Assembly (NCBI GenBank): GCA_031835245.2
Contig: JAVKOQ020000019.1
Location: 124,001 to 188,000, forward strand
Length of the DNA stretch: 64,000 nucleotides
DNA from: Balamuthia mandrillaris
Taxonomy: Eukaryota
Reading direction: 5' to 3'
The notes beneath the pieces were generated by a model, which worked only from the letters and a program-made list of their open reading frames with translations, was not told the origin of the DNA and ran no database searches. Shown here in pieces: positions 1 to 9,502 of the stretch. Within the stretch, counting starts at the first letter, position 1. Each line of letters opens with the position of its first letter. Position numbers and translations under genes: made by a program.

Positions 1-1990
1 ATGATGACACATGCAGCGAATGACGGCGAGATCATGGCGGTTTCATCAGGTGCACTGGCAGGAGGTTATGGTAAGCAGCCTTGTCCCTTCTTCCTCTTTG
101 GAGCATCACATGCACGGTCTCTTACAATCTTTGTTCTTGATACTCTTCCACTTTGGCAGCCCAAGGTAATACTGGCGAGATCCTTGCTGCTGGTACAGGT
201 GCCAGTGCGTTTGGCTATGGTGCTTACTCCTCTTCCCCTTCTCCTTTTCTGCTCCTCTTCCTCTTCCCCCTCTTTCTCCCTCACCTTTTGGCTGATGACA
301 CATGCAGCAAATGATGGAGCTATCACGGCAGTTGCAACAGGTACACTGGCCGGAGGTTATGGTAAGCAGCCCAGTCATTCCCTTTATCCTTTCGATCATC
401 GAATGCACGGTCTTTTACACTCTGTGTTCCTGCTTCTCTTCCACTCTTGCAGCCCAAGGTAATACAAGCGAGATCATGGCTTCTGGTGCAGGTGCCAGTG
501 CATTTGGTTTTGGTGCTTACTCCATTTCCTCCTCTCCTCTTCCTCCTCCCCCTCTTTCTCCCTCACCCTTTTGGCTGATGATGACACATGCAGCGAATGA
601 GGGCGATATCAGGGCGGTTTCATCAGGTGCACTGGCAGGAGGTTATGGTAAGCAGCCTTGTTCCTTCTCCCTCTTTGGAACATCACATGCACGGTCTTTT
701 ACAATCTTTGTTCCTGCTTCTCTTCCACTTTTGCAGCCCAAGGTGACAGCGAGATCATAGCTGCTGGTGCAGGTGCCAGTGCGTTTGGTTTTGGTGCTTA
801 CTCCTCTTCACTTCAACTTTTTTTGTTTGCTCCTCTTCCTCGCCCCCTCTTCCTCCACCACCTTTTGGCTGATGATGACACATGCAGCGAATGATGGCGA
901 GATCAGTGCGGTAGCATCGGGTGCAACGGCAGGAGGTCATGGTAAGCAGCCTTGTCCCATCTTCCTCTTCGGAACATCACATGCACGCGGTCTTTTACAC
1001 TCTTTCTTCCTGCTTCTCTTCCACTTTTGCAGCCCAAGGTAATACAAGCGAGATCATAGCTTCTGGTGCAGGTGCCAGTGCATTTGGTTTTGGTGCTTAC
1101 TCCTCTTCACTTCAACTTATTTTGTTTACTCCTCTACCTCCCTCTCTTCCTCCTTCACATTTTGGCTGATGATAACACATGCAGCGAATGAGGGTGAGAT
1201 CAGGGCGGTTTCACCGGGTGCACTGGCAGGAGGTTATGGTAAGCAGCCTTGTCCCTTCTTCCTCTTTGGAACATCACATGCACAGTCTTTTACAATCTTT
1301 CTTCCTGCTTCTCTTCCACTTTGGCAGCTCAAGGTGATACAAGCGAGATTCTAGCTGCTGGTGCAGGTGCCAGTGCGTTTGGTTTTGGTGCTTACTCCTC
1401 TCCCTCCTCCCTCTTTTTTATGCTCCTCTTCTTCCTCGCTCTCTTCCTCCTTCACATTTTGGCTGATGATGACACATGCAGCGAATGAGGGTGAGATCAG
1501 GGCGGTTTCACCGGGTGCACTGGCAGGAGGTTATGGTAAGCAGCCTTGTCCCTTCTTCCTCTTTGGAGCATTACATGCACGGTCGTTTACAATCTTTGTT
1601 CCTGCTTCTCTTCCACTTTTGCAGCTCAAGCTGACAGCGAGATCATAGCCAGTAGTTCTGGTGCCAGTGCATTTGGTTATGGTGCTTACTCCTCTTCCTT
1701 CTCTTTTTGTTGTGCTGCTCCTCTTGGAATATTCAATGCGCCCTCCTTTTCAATCTTTGTTCCCACTCTTGCAGCTCAAGGTAACACAAGCGAGATCCTG
1801 GCTGCTGGTACAGGTGCCAGTGCGTTTGGTTATGGTGCTTACTCCTCTCTTATTTCTGCTTCTCTTGTTCCTTCCTGCTCCTCCTCCTCTTCTTCCGTCA
1901 CCTTTTGGCTGATGAAGACATGCAGCGAATGAGGGAGCTATCAGGGCGGTTTCGCCGGGTGCACTGGCAAGAGGTTATGGTAAGCATTTT
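1..1990 (+). repeat. Tandem repeat of about 286-297 bp; unit = exon A + intron + exon B + intron
   Basis: Exon-A starts at 17, 308, 594, 888, 1185, 1482. Introns are conserved between units (gtaagcagccttgtccc...ccacttttgcag; gtgcttactcc...ggctgatgatgacacatgcag). Confidence 0.95.
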
Positions 1991-2611
1991 TTTCCGTTTG
2001 TTTCTTCCCGAAGCCTTTGTTTCTTCTTTATTCACCTATTATACAACACAAACAGCGACGAACTCACAAATATTGGCTGCTGGATCAGGAGCTCATGCCT
2101 CTGGCTATGGTATGCTTTACATTCATTTCATAGGCACAAACTGCACCTAACATGAACAAAATATTAAGATGGCTCCGAAGGAGTCCTAGCCACTGACTTG
2201 GCTAGCTTTGCTCACGGCATCAACGTGGAGAGCCACGGTATGGCCGAGGTGGTCTTTGGTGTTTGTAACAACCTCACCGCCTCTTCCGATTTGGACGCCA
2301 TCTTCTCAGTGGGCGTTGGCACGCTTACAGGAGATGCCTGCACCAGCAGAGAGACAGCGTTTCTGATTTCCAGAACGGGAGAGGTGTACATCCAAGGTAG
2401 CCTCCAGGACAACCAGGATGGTCTCACCTTGAGGCGACTTGGGAGAAATAGCGAGGACGCGTCTGATGTTGCTATGAGGCAAGAACAAGAGCTGAAAGAG
2501 CTGAAGGAGGAGGTGGAACAATTGAAGAAGGAGAGAGAGGCTTGGAAAGTGGAGATGGAAAGCTTGAAGGAGGAATTGAGAAGGATCGCTGTCCACGTGA
2601 GTGCCAACTAG
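17..2611 (+). CDS. Micro-exon gene (5' end outside window): YadA-head/Hep-Hag-like beta-roll repeat protein with C-terminal neck-like segment and coiled coil
   Basis: Exons bounded by AG/GT, all phase 1: 17-70, 160-219, 308-361, 453-512, 594-647, 737-793, 888-941, 1033-1092, 1185-1238, 1328-1387, 1482-1535, 1625-1681, 1775-1834, 1926-1979, 2056-2109 (54/57/60 nt), then 2169-2611, in frame with ORF 2198..2611. Spliced product: ANDGEIMAVSSGALAGGY-AQGNTGEILAAGTGASAFGY-...-DGSEGVLATDLASFAHGINVESHGMAEVVFGVCN...IFSVGVG...RETAFLISRTGEVYIQG...coiled coil. The family call is from motif resemblance only. Confidence 0.8.
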
Positions 2612-2750
2612 TTCACGTTGGCAACAAAACATTACAAACCATCATCATAAAAATCTCTTTCGTAAAGCTTTGGATGATAGGAATGAGAATTGAGGCCACT
2701 TAAGAGAGAGAAGCGAAGATACGCAGGAAACTAAAGAGAAAGAACATGTA

Positions 2751-5700
2751 TCAATTGAAAACATCTCTCCCTGTCTTCTTCAACTGGAAGGTATTGGGTT
2801 TCGGTTGGAGGTCTTCCACGGAACGAACCAGCTTCTTCATTTCAACCGCCATCTTCTCCACATCGCTCTCGATCTTCCGGTGAAGCACCTCTAACTCTCT
2901 TCTAGCTCTCGTTTCGTTCCTTTGAGCTTCATCCAGCACATCCAACCTCTTTTCCACCCCAGCAAATGAAGACGACGAAGAAAGGAGAGACGGAGACGAA
3001 GATGGAGTGGTAGAAAGGCTACTTGAAGATTGTGAGGGCAAAGGGGAAGAATCCGAAGTGATGGAGGATGAAGAGGGAGGGGGAGCTGAAGAAGCTGAAG
3101 GAGCAACAGGAGGATACGGCAAAGGAGGTCGAGGAAGGGGTCCCCTGGAGACCGAAAGTGGTTGTCGGCCTTGTCTTCTGTTCAGCAAATCCTCCTGTTT
3201 CTGGCTGAGTTCGTCTATCTGTTTGCGCAAATGCGCGTACTTCTCCTCTTCTTGCTTTCTTTGGAGCTTTTCCTCTTCCACATTGGATCTGAGGTCCTGT
3301 AGTTGAGCCTCCAAACGTCGCACAGTTTCTTGCCCATCCAATTGTTGCTCTGGTGCTGGGCGTTGTTGTAAAACGAAGGTGGCGGCAGTTGCAGCGGAAG
3401 CAGAAGTTTGCACCTGGATGCTAAGCTCATCGATCCGCTGTTCTAACTCGCTGTTTCGGTTCACCTGGTGTCGCAACGCGGCAACTTCTTCCATCAACTT
3501 CATTCTTTGCATCGTTTCCTGAGCCAGCAGTTCTCTCAACTGCGTGATGATCGCCATTGCCTCTTCTCCGTGCTGCTGTTGATGTTGAAGAGCTCGTTGT
3601 TGCTGCTGCTGTTGAAGCTTGTTTGCGTGTAACTCTTTTCTCATCTCTTCCAACGCTTTGGTCATTTCTTTCATCTGCGTTGACCATTCCGAAGATATTG
3701 GCCCTCCGCTCTGTACCACTGCACTGGAGAAGGTTTGAAGGCGTGGAGTCGAGGTAGAGGAGGAAACAGCTGAAGAAGCCTTTTTGGACTTCTTCTTCTT
3801 CTTCTTGGTGCTGTCCTTCAGCGCTTGCGATGATGATACAGTTACGGTGGACAGCTCTCTGGAGGAAGCTGTGGAGGAGACAGAGGAGGAGGAAACCGTT
3901 TCCAAAGAGTACGTCGATGGGGAAGCGGGAACCACCAGTTCCACAAAGGCTTTCGGAAAGTGTCCGATCCTGCCGCCCTTCTTCTCTCCCAGCCACCATT
4001 CTCCTGGGGGCATCTCCAGCACTTGGACGACCTCCCCTTCCACAATGCTGAGTTCAGACTCTGCCTGAGCATCATAGGGCCACAACACCTTTGCCGTGGG
4101 TGTTGTTGTCGTGGTCGAGAAGGTATTGTTGCTGTGGTTTTGCGGCTCTGAGGAGGAAGATGCAGAAGCAGAGGTCATGGAGGAGGATGAGGAGGTGGCA
4201 GCGTCGCTTTTAGACTGTTTGCCTGCTATTGCTTTGTGCCTGTCGCTGCTGCTACTGCTTGCTAGTGCTTTCTCTTTCTTTGGCCTCTTTTTGATCTTCT
4301 TCCTTTCGTCTGGCTTGGCATCTTTCTTGCCTCGCTGACCTTCCGTGCTTTTCTTCCCTTTTGCCTTCTTCCCTTTTGTTTTCTTGGGAGGTTTTTCTTT
4401 CTTTTGCTTCTCGTCTTCAGCTTTGGTGTCTTGGCTCCTCCTCGTTTCCTGTTCCGCTTGCTCTCTTTCTTCCCTTTCTCTTCTCGTTCTTGCGCTGTCT
4501 CTCTCAGTTGGAATGTCGGTGGTGGCTGAGGTCGTTCGCTGCAACGCGTCTTCCTTCTGTGCTCGTCCTTCGTCTCCTGCTGTTGTCTCGTCTTCCACCC
4601 GAACAAACGAGCTCGGAAAGTGCCCAACCGAACCCCCAATCGCAAGCTCTCCTTTCCACCAGCCTGTTTCACTCAGCTTCTCCACGACCAGCACAGCATC
4701 GCCCGTGAACGCCGTCAGTTCGCTGGCTGTCTTGCCCACATAGTCTTGCACAAAGACCGCTCTAAACGGCGTTCCTTTGACTTGTTTTGTCTCTGCTTCC
4801 TCGTTCTCTTGTTTGCCCGGCTCCTGCTGCTCTTGTTTGCAGTCGTTCGCGGATGCTGTTGTGGTTTGAGGTTCCTCGGTCCTGGCTAAAGACAAGTCCG
4901 TGGTGACATAACTTGCAGGAAAGTGACCTTCCCTACGAAGAAGGTCGCTCTCTAGATACCCCAGCCACCAGCTGTCCTCTCCTCCCGTGTTGTCAAACAC
5001 CGACAGCAGCTCCCCCGCTTTGAAAGAGAGCTCGCTCTCGGTCGTTCCCTCGTAGTCGTACAGCGCTTTCACCTTGCAAACTACCTCCGCCTTCTCAGAG
5101 CTTGAAGAAGACGCACCCGCGAGAGGCGAATCAGGACGGGAAGCAGCTTCCTCTGTTGCATCTTCTGCATCTTTCTTTCCGTCGGCTTCATCCACCAATT
5201 CCACATAGCTTGCCGGAAAGAAGCCTTGTCGACCGGTGTCCATAAGCTCTCCCTTCCACCAGCCCCCGGTGTTCTCCTTCCTCTCCAAAACACGTATAAG
5301 TGTCCCCACCGAGAGGGAGAGCTCAGTGTCGCTAAGGCCCTGGAAATCATACAAAGCAATTGCTGTGACTCCTGCCTCAGTTGGTTCTGTTGGAGGTTTG
5401 GCCTCTCCTTCCTGCTCCGCCGCCTTCTCCTTCTTTACTACGTTCGTTTTGTGCACGTCTTCTTCTGTTGGAGGCATTTGAGGAGGTTTCGACTCCTTGT
5501 TCAGGTCTTTTCGAGGAGGCCGGATCGGTGAAACGGTCGTTCCTCCCCTTTTTATGTCCAAGAGATATCCATCGCTTTTGTTGAAGAGAACGTCGTTTTT
5601 GGCTTTGTTGTTGTGGGGAACCTCTACCTCGTCACCCTCCCCACAGAGAAGGACCACGTGATCTTTGGGGAAGAGACCAGAGGAGGGAGATGGCGAGGTC

Positions 5701-6146
5701 GAAGAGACGATGGTACCTTTCCACCATCCCGTGGGATAACGGGTCTCTATCTGGATGATGTCTCCCGGTTTGAAGGATAACTGGTTGCCCGTACCGTTGA
5801 ATGTTTTGATGGCTTTACAGCGCTGAGAAGGAGAGGCCGACGACGAGGTTGACTGGTTGACAGCAAGAGAATGACGATGGTTCACGCTCTTTTGACCATA
5901 GTTTGTTTTAGCTGGTGCGCCATCGAATGTGGCTGTCTCTCGCACGTAGCTTCCAGGGAAGATGCCCTTTCGGCCCGGCGTACCGTTGCTGTCGTGGATG
6001 CTGCCCACCCACCAGCCGTTGTTGAACTTCTGATAGACGGTGACAGTTTGGCCGGGTTGAATGGAAAGGTCCTTGGAACCCTCCCCCGTTTTGCCCGTCC
6101 ATGCGAACACCACCTCCGCCAAACCTATCGGTTGACCCGATGCCAT
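2751..6146 (-). CDS. Multi-SH3 adaptor (six SH3 domains, coiled coil, Pro-rich segment, C-terminal LKKT motif), intronless
   Basis: ORF 2751..6209, likely start MASGQ at 6146. Six SH3 signatures (e.g. ALYDFQG..ELS..GWWKG..GFFPASYV; ALYDYEG..WWLG..GHFPASYV). Ends FQLKKTGRDVFN. Confidence 0.9.
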   Translation of the reverse strand: MASGQPIGLAEVVFAWTGKTGEGSKDLSIQPGQTVTVYQKFNNGWWVGSIHDSNGTPGRKGIFPGSYVRETATFDGAPAKTNYGQKSVNHRHSLAVNQSTSSSASPSQRCKAIKTFNGTGNQLSFKPGDIIQIETRYPTGWWKGTIVSSTSPSPSSGLFPKDHVVLLCGEGDEVEVPHNNKAKNDVLFNKSDGYLLDIKRGGTTVSPIRPPRKDLNKESKPPQMPPTEEDVHKTNVVKKEKAAEQEGEAKPPTEPTEAGVTAIALYDFQGLSDTELSLSVGTLIRVLERKENTGGWWKGELMDTGRQGFFPASYVELVDEADGKKDAEDATEEAASRPDSPLAGASSSSSEKAEVVCKVKALYDYEGTTESELSFKAGELLSVFDNTGGEDSWWLGYLESDLLRREGHFPASYVTTDLSLARTEEPQTTTASANDCKQEQQEPGKQENEEAETKQVKGTPFRAVFVQDYVGKTASELTAFTGDAVLVVEKLSETGWWKGELAIGGSVGHFPSSFVRVEDETTAGDEGRAQKEDALQRTTSATTDIPTERDSARTRREREEREQAEQETRRSQDTKAEDEKQKKEKPPKKTKGKKAKGKKSTEGQRGKKDAKPDERKKIKKRPKKEKALASSSSSDRHKAIAGKQSKSDAATSSSSSMTSASASSSSEPQNHSNNTFSTTTTTPTAKVLWPYDAQAESELSIVEGEVVQVLEMPPGEWWLGEKKGGRIGHFPKAFVELVVPASPSTYSLETVSSSSVSSTASSRELSTVTVSSSQALKDSTKKKKKKSKKASSAVSSSTSTPRLQTFSSAVVQSGGPISSEWSTQMKEMTKALEEMRKELHANKLQQQQQQRALQHQQQHGEEAMAIITQLRELLAQETMQRMKLMEEVAALRHQVNRNSELEQRIDELSIQVQTSASAATAATFVLQQRPAPEQQLDGQETVRRLEAQLQDLRSNVEEEKLQRKQEEEKYAHLRKQIDELSQKQEDLLNRRQGRQPLSVSRGPLPRPPLPYPPVAPSASSAPPPSSSSITSDSSPLPSQSSSSLSTTPSSSPSLLSSSSSFAGVEKRLDVLDEAQRNETRARRELEVLHRKIESDVEKMAVEMKKLVRSVEDLQPKPNTFQLKKTGRDVFN

Positions 6147-6621
6147 GTATCTTTCTTCCCTCCCCTCCTCTTTCTTTCTTGGTTTTTTTTTTGTCGCGCG
6201 AAACGGCATGTCGACATTATTTTAGATTTCGCTGAAAATTAGTACGAGGGCCAATCGCCGCTTCCTAAAATATTATCCCCGAAACTCCGAGTTTTTCTTT
6301 TTTCCGCGCCCCTTCGCGCAACTGTAACATTTTTTTGTTTTTTGTCGTCCAAACAAAAAAATTGAAACAACAGTAAAAGGAGGCAAGAGGCGGAAATAAG
6401 AAGGGGGTTTTTTATCGAAAACAAGTTGTTAGGTTGGAAAAGAGGCCCTAGAAACGAAGATCTCCCTTTTATCGGGTCTCCTCAATAACCCTTGCTACCA
6501 CAGTTTATCATTTGATTTTTTTCATCTGTGTGTTCTGTTCAACTGTACTCTATATTGTTTTTTGTAGTTGGTGGAGATACGATAGTGATTGCGCAGACAA
6601 GAAAGTATTCTTCACAAAGAA

Positions 6622-8865
6622 ATGACTCATAGCTACACTCAAGAAGAGCTTCGAGAATTCGCCAAGCCCTACGTCGAGGACAGAGACATAAAGTATATGC
6701 TGGCCAACCGCAAGCGCCTCAAAGACGGCAAGCTCTCCCGCATCACCTCCAAGCGAAAGCTGCAGGAGGTCTTAATACAGTTGGACGCCCCTCATCTCAT
6801 CCCCGTTTTCTACGAGAATGTGGAAGACTACGACGTGCTCATGACTTTGGAGGAGGAGGACCTCAAGTGGGTGCCAGGTGTGGACGACAAGTTGGCCAAA
6901 GCCATCGCCGCCGAGATACGACGCGCCAAAGAAGCCGGGGAGTACCCGCCCAGTGGCTTGGCAGCTTATGCTTCTAATATTGGAGAAGCGTTGGCCTCAG
7001 CTGCTGGCGGAGATAAGGAGAAGCAGGAGGAACAAAAGAGGAAGAAGGAGGAGGTGGAGGAGGAGCTGCGAAAAGAGGAGGAGGAAAAGGAGAAGAAAGC
7101 AGAGGAGAGGAAACAGAGGAGAGAGGAACATAACAACCGAAGGAGAGAGACCGAAGCGGAGGAGCAAAAGAAAAAGGAGGAAGAAGAGAAGAGGAGACGC
7201 AAGGAGGCAGAAGAGCAGAATAGGAAGGAAGAAGAAGAAGAAAAAAAGAGAAAGGAAGAGGAGAAGCGAAAGAAAAAGGAGGAGGAAGAGCGTAAGAAAA
7301 AGGAAGACGAGGAAAAGAAAAAGAAGGAAGATGCAGAGCGAAAAAAGAAAGAGGAAGAGGAAAATAAACGCAAAAGTGAAAATAATAAGAGACAGCAGGA
7401 CGACGAACAAAGGAAGAAACGAGATGAAGAGAAGAGAGCAGAAGCCTTGGTTCAGCTGAAGGTGGAAGAACGGGTTGCGTCCTCCACCAAACTGAGAAAA
7501 GGCACCAGAGACTTCACTGCAGAAGAAGAAAGCAAGGAGAGGAGACGAAAAGAACAGCGAGTGGAGTCGCTAAAGCAACGAAGAAGGTCCATGCCTCTGG
7601 GAAGCTCCATCGACTCACCAGATGCTCTCTCTTTACAAGACGTGAATGTCAGCGGCAAGTCAAAGGTTGGCATGAGCTCTCCTCGTGGCATATCCTCTTC
7701 CTCCCCTTCTACCAAAAAGACCTCGCCCTCTTCTTCTGGTTGGGTAAAAGCATCCCCGGATACCAGCGGCGACCATCTGCCTTCCATCACGATAACTTCA
7801 TCGTCCGCCTCTTCTTCCTCTGACTCTCACCACCATTCTTCATCAGCTGACAAAAAAGACAAGAAAGGCGATAAGAAGGAGAAGGCCGGTTCTTCTGTAA
7901 CCTCTACTTCTCCTTCTTCTCTTTCCGAACAAAGATCCAAAGAAGGGTTGTTACTCCAACAACACCAACTCCATAAGTCGATGCCATTGGAAGAGGACTT
8001 GGCTGAGGCCCGGCGAAAGGCCCTCAACCGCAAGGCCATCAAGAGGATATACCGAGGCAGCGGCATTGCTTTGGCTGATGTCCGTCGATTGAACTCCTCC
8101 TCGGATGTTCACAACAACATCAAAGAACTCAAGGGTGGGTCCTCCATCTCTCCGAACTTTAGGAACGCAGAGCGTATCCGAGCAAGCAGCGCCCTCTCTC
8201 CTCGCGAAGGACAGATACTGCTTCAACATCAGCCACAGAAGTTCTTTGCATCCTCCAACGCTTTTGGCATGGACGACGGTACCGGCAACAACCTCCCTCG
8301 AAGCAAGTCTGATATGGCTATTCCAGGCACAACCCCGTCTTCTCCCTTGGCTTCCTCCTCAGCGAAAGAGGATGACAAAGACGCAAAGAAAAAGAACAGC
8401 AGCCATACCAGTGGCAAAAAGACGAAAGAAAACCCCAACATGGACGCCACAAAGGAAGAGGAGAGAGCCATCTCGGAGCTTATGGCTCTGGATGAGGAGA
8501 TGCAGAGGCAGAAGGAGCAGACAGCAAAGATCAAGGACGAGAAGCTGAGGAAGGAAGAGGAGGAGAGACAGAAACTGGAGTGGGAGAAGCGAAAGCATGC
8601 TTTGCATCGAAAGAGGGAGACGGAGGAGAAGAAGAGAAAAGAGATGATGAGAAAACGGAGAGAGGAAGTGGAGGAGATTAACAGGATGCTACAAGAGAAT
8701 GCAGAGCAGCAGCAAGCGTTGAAACAGACCCAACAGCAATCGAGGAATGGAGGAGGCAGCAGCAACAACGGGCACGGCAGCAAAGAGGAGAAGGGAGAGA
8801 GGGTGCTCTCACCACGTTCAAAGCATCACCACGGTGAGAAAAGAGGAGAGAAGAAAGAAAAGTGA
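6622..8865 (+). CDS. SAM-like domain protein with long E/K/R coiled-coil and Ser-rich regions
   Basis: Long ORF 6589..8865, first ATG 6622. LQEVLIQLDAPHLIPVFYENVEDYDVLMTLEEEDLKWVPGV..KAIAAEI resembles a SAM domain; the rest is low complexity. Confidence 0.65.
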   Translation: MTHSYTQEELREFAKPYVEDRDIKYMLANRKRLKDGKLSRITSKRKLQEVLIQLDAPHLIPVFYENVEDYDVLMTLEEEDLKWVPGVDDKLAKAIAAEIRRAKEAGEYPPSGLAAYASNIGEALASAAGGDKEKQEEQKRKKEEVEEELRKEEEEKEKKAEERKQRREEHNNRRRETEAEEQKKKEEEEKRRRKEAEEQNRKEEEEEKKRKEEEKRKKKEEEERKKKEDEEKKKKEDAERKKKEEEENKRKSENNKRQQDDEQRKKRDEEKRAEALVQLKVEERVASSTKLRKGTRDFTAEEESKERRRKEQRVESLKQRRRSMPLGSSIDSPDALSLQDVNVSGKSKVGMSSPRGISSSSPSTKKTSPSSSGWVKASPDTSGDHLPSITITSSSASSSSDSHHHSSSADKKDKKGDKKEKAGSSVTSTSPSSLSEQRSKEGLLLQQHQLHKSMPLEEDLAEARRKALNRKAIKRIYRGSGIALADVRRLNSSSDVHNNIKELKGGSSISPNFRNAERIRASSALSPREGQILLQHQPQKFFASSNAFGMDDGTGNNLPRSKSDMAIPGTTPSSPLASSSAKEDDKDAKKKNSSHTSGKKTKENPNMDATKEEERAISELMALDEEMQRQKEQTAKIKDEKLRKEEEERQKLEWEKRKHALHRKRETEEKKRKEMMRKRREEVEEINRMLQENAEQQQALKQTQQQSRNGGGSSNNGHGSKEEKGERVLSPRSKHHHGEKRGEKKEK

Positions 8866-8950
8866 ATGCTTGTGTTTGTTCTTTAGTTTTGTTTTGTCCT
8901 TCTTCTTCTTCTTCTTCTATTTGTACATCACACCAATCCTTTGTTTTTGT

Positions 8951-9471
8951 TCAACTGATAAAGAATGTTTCGTAACGTTCTTTCTTCTTTTGTTGCCGTT
9001 CTCGTTTGTTTTGTCGTTTTTGTCGCAGTCGCTCCTTCTTTGAGAGCCGTTCTCCTTCTCTGTCGCTTTCGCCTTCCACTTGGTACTTGTTTTGCTTCTT
9101 GTATGCTTTTTCTTCTTCTTCTATTTGTTGTTTGGACGATGTGGTTGGTTCAAAGTAGACGAGCCAACAAGGAAGTACTTGTCCTCCTTTGTAAACAGAA
9201 CGAGGTTAAGAAACCAAGGAAAGGAACAGAAGGGAAGAAAAGACCAAGAGCAACCTGAGAACACGACGAGCTCTTTGCCTTCGGGATTGACATGCGAGTC
9301 GTATCCGCCCTGTTGCTGATACTTTCTGGGAGCGTCACACACGAAGGACCGTCCCAACAACACACAACAAGCCAGCACGGCTCTCTCCCCGGCCGAGTCG
9401 CCGGTCACGTAGTTCATCGCCAACAAAGGATCACCTGCCAAGTATATGCCTGTTTATTGTAAAGAGAGAGT

Positions 9472-9502
<31 letters not shown>

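Noticed and set aside
1..1990. CRISPR-like array, or ORFs 1..462, 302..760 etc. as proteins
   Set aside because: Whole units including the spacers are homologous, there are no cas genes and the context is eukaryotic. The ORFs are read-throughs of micro-exons into introns.
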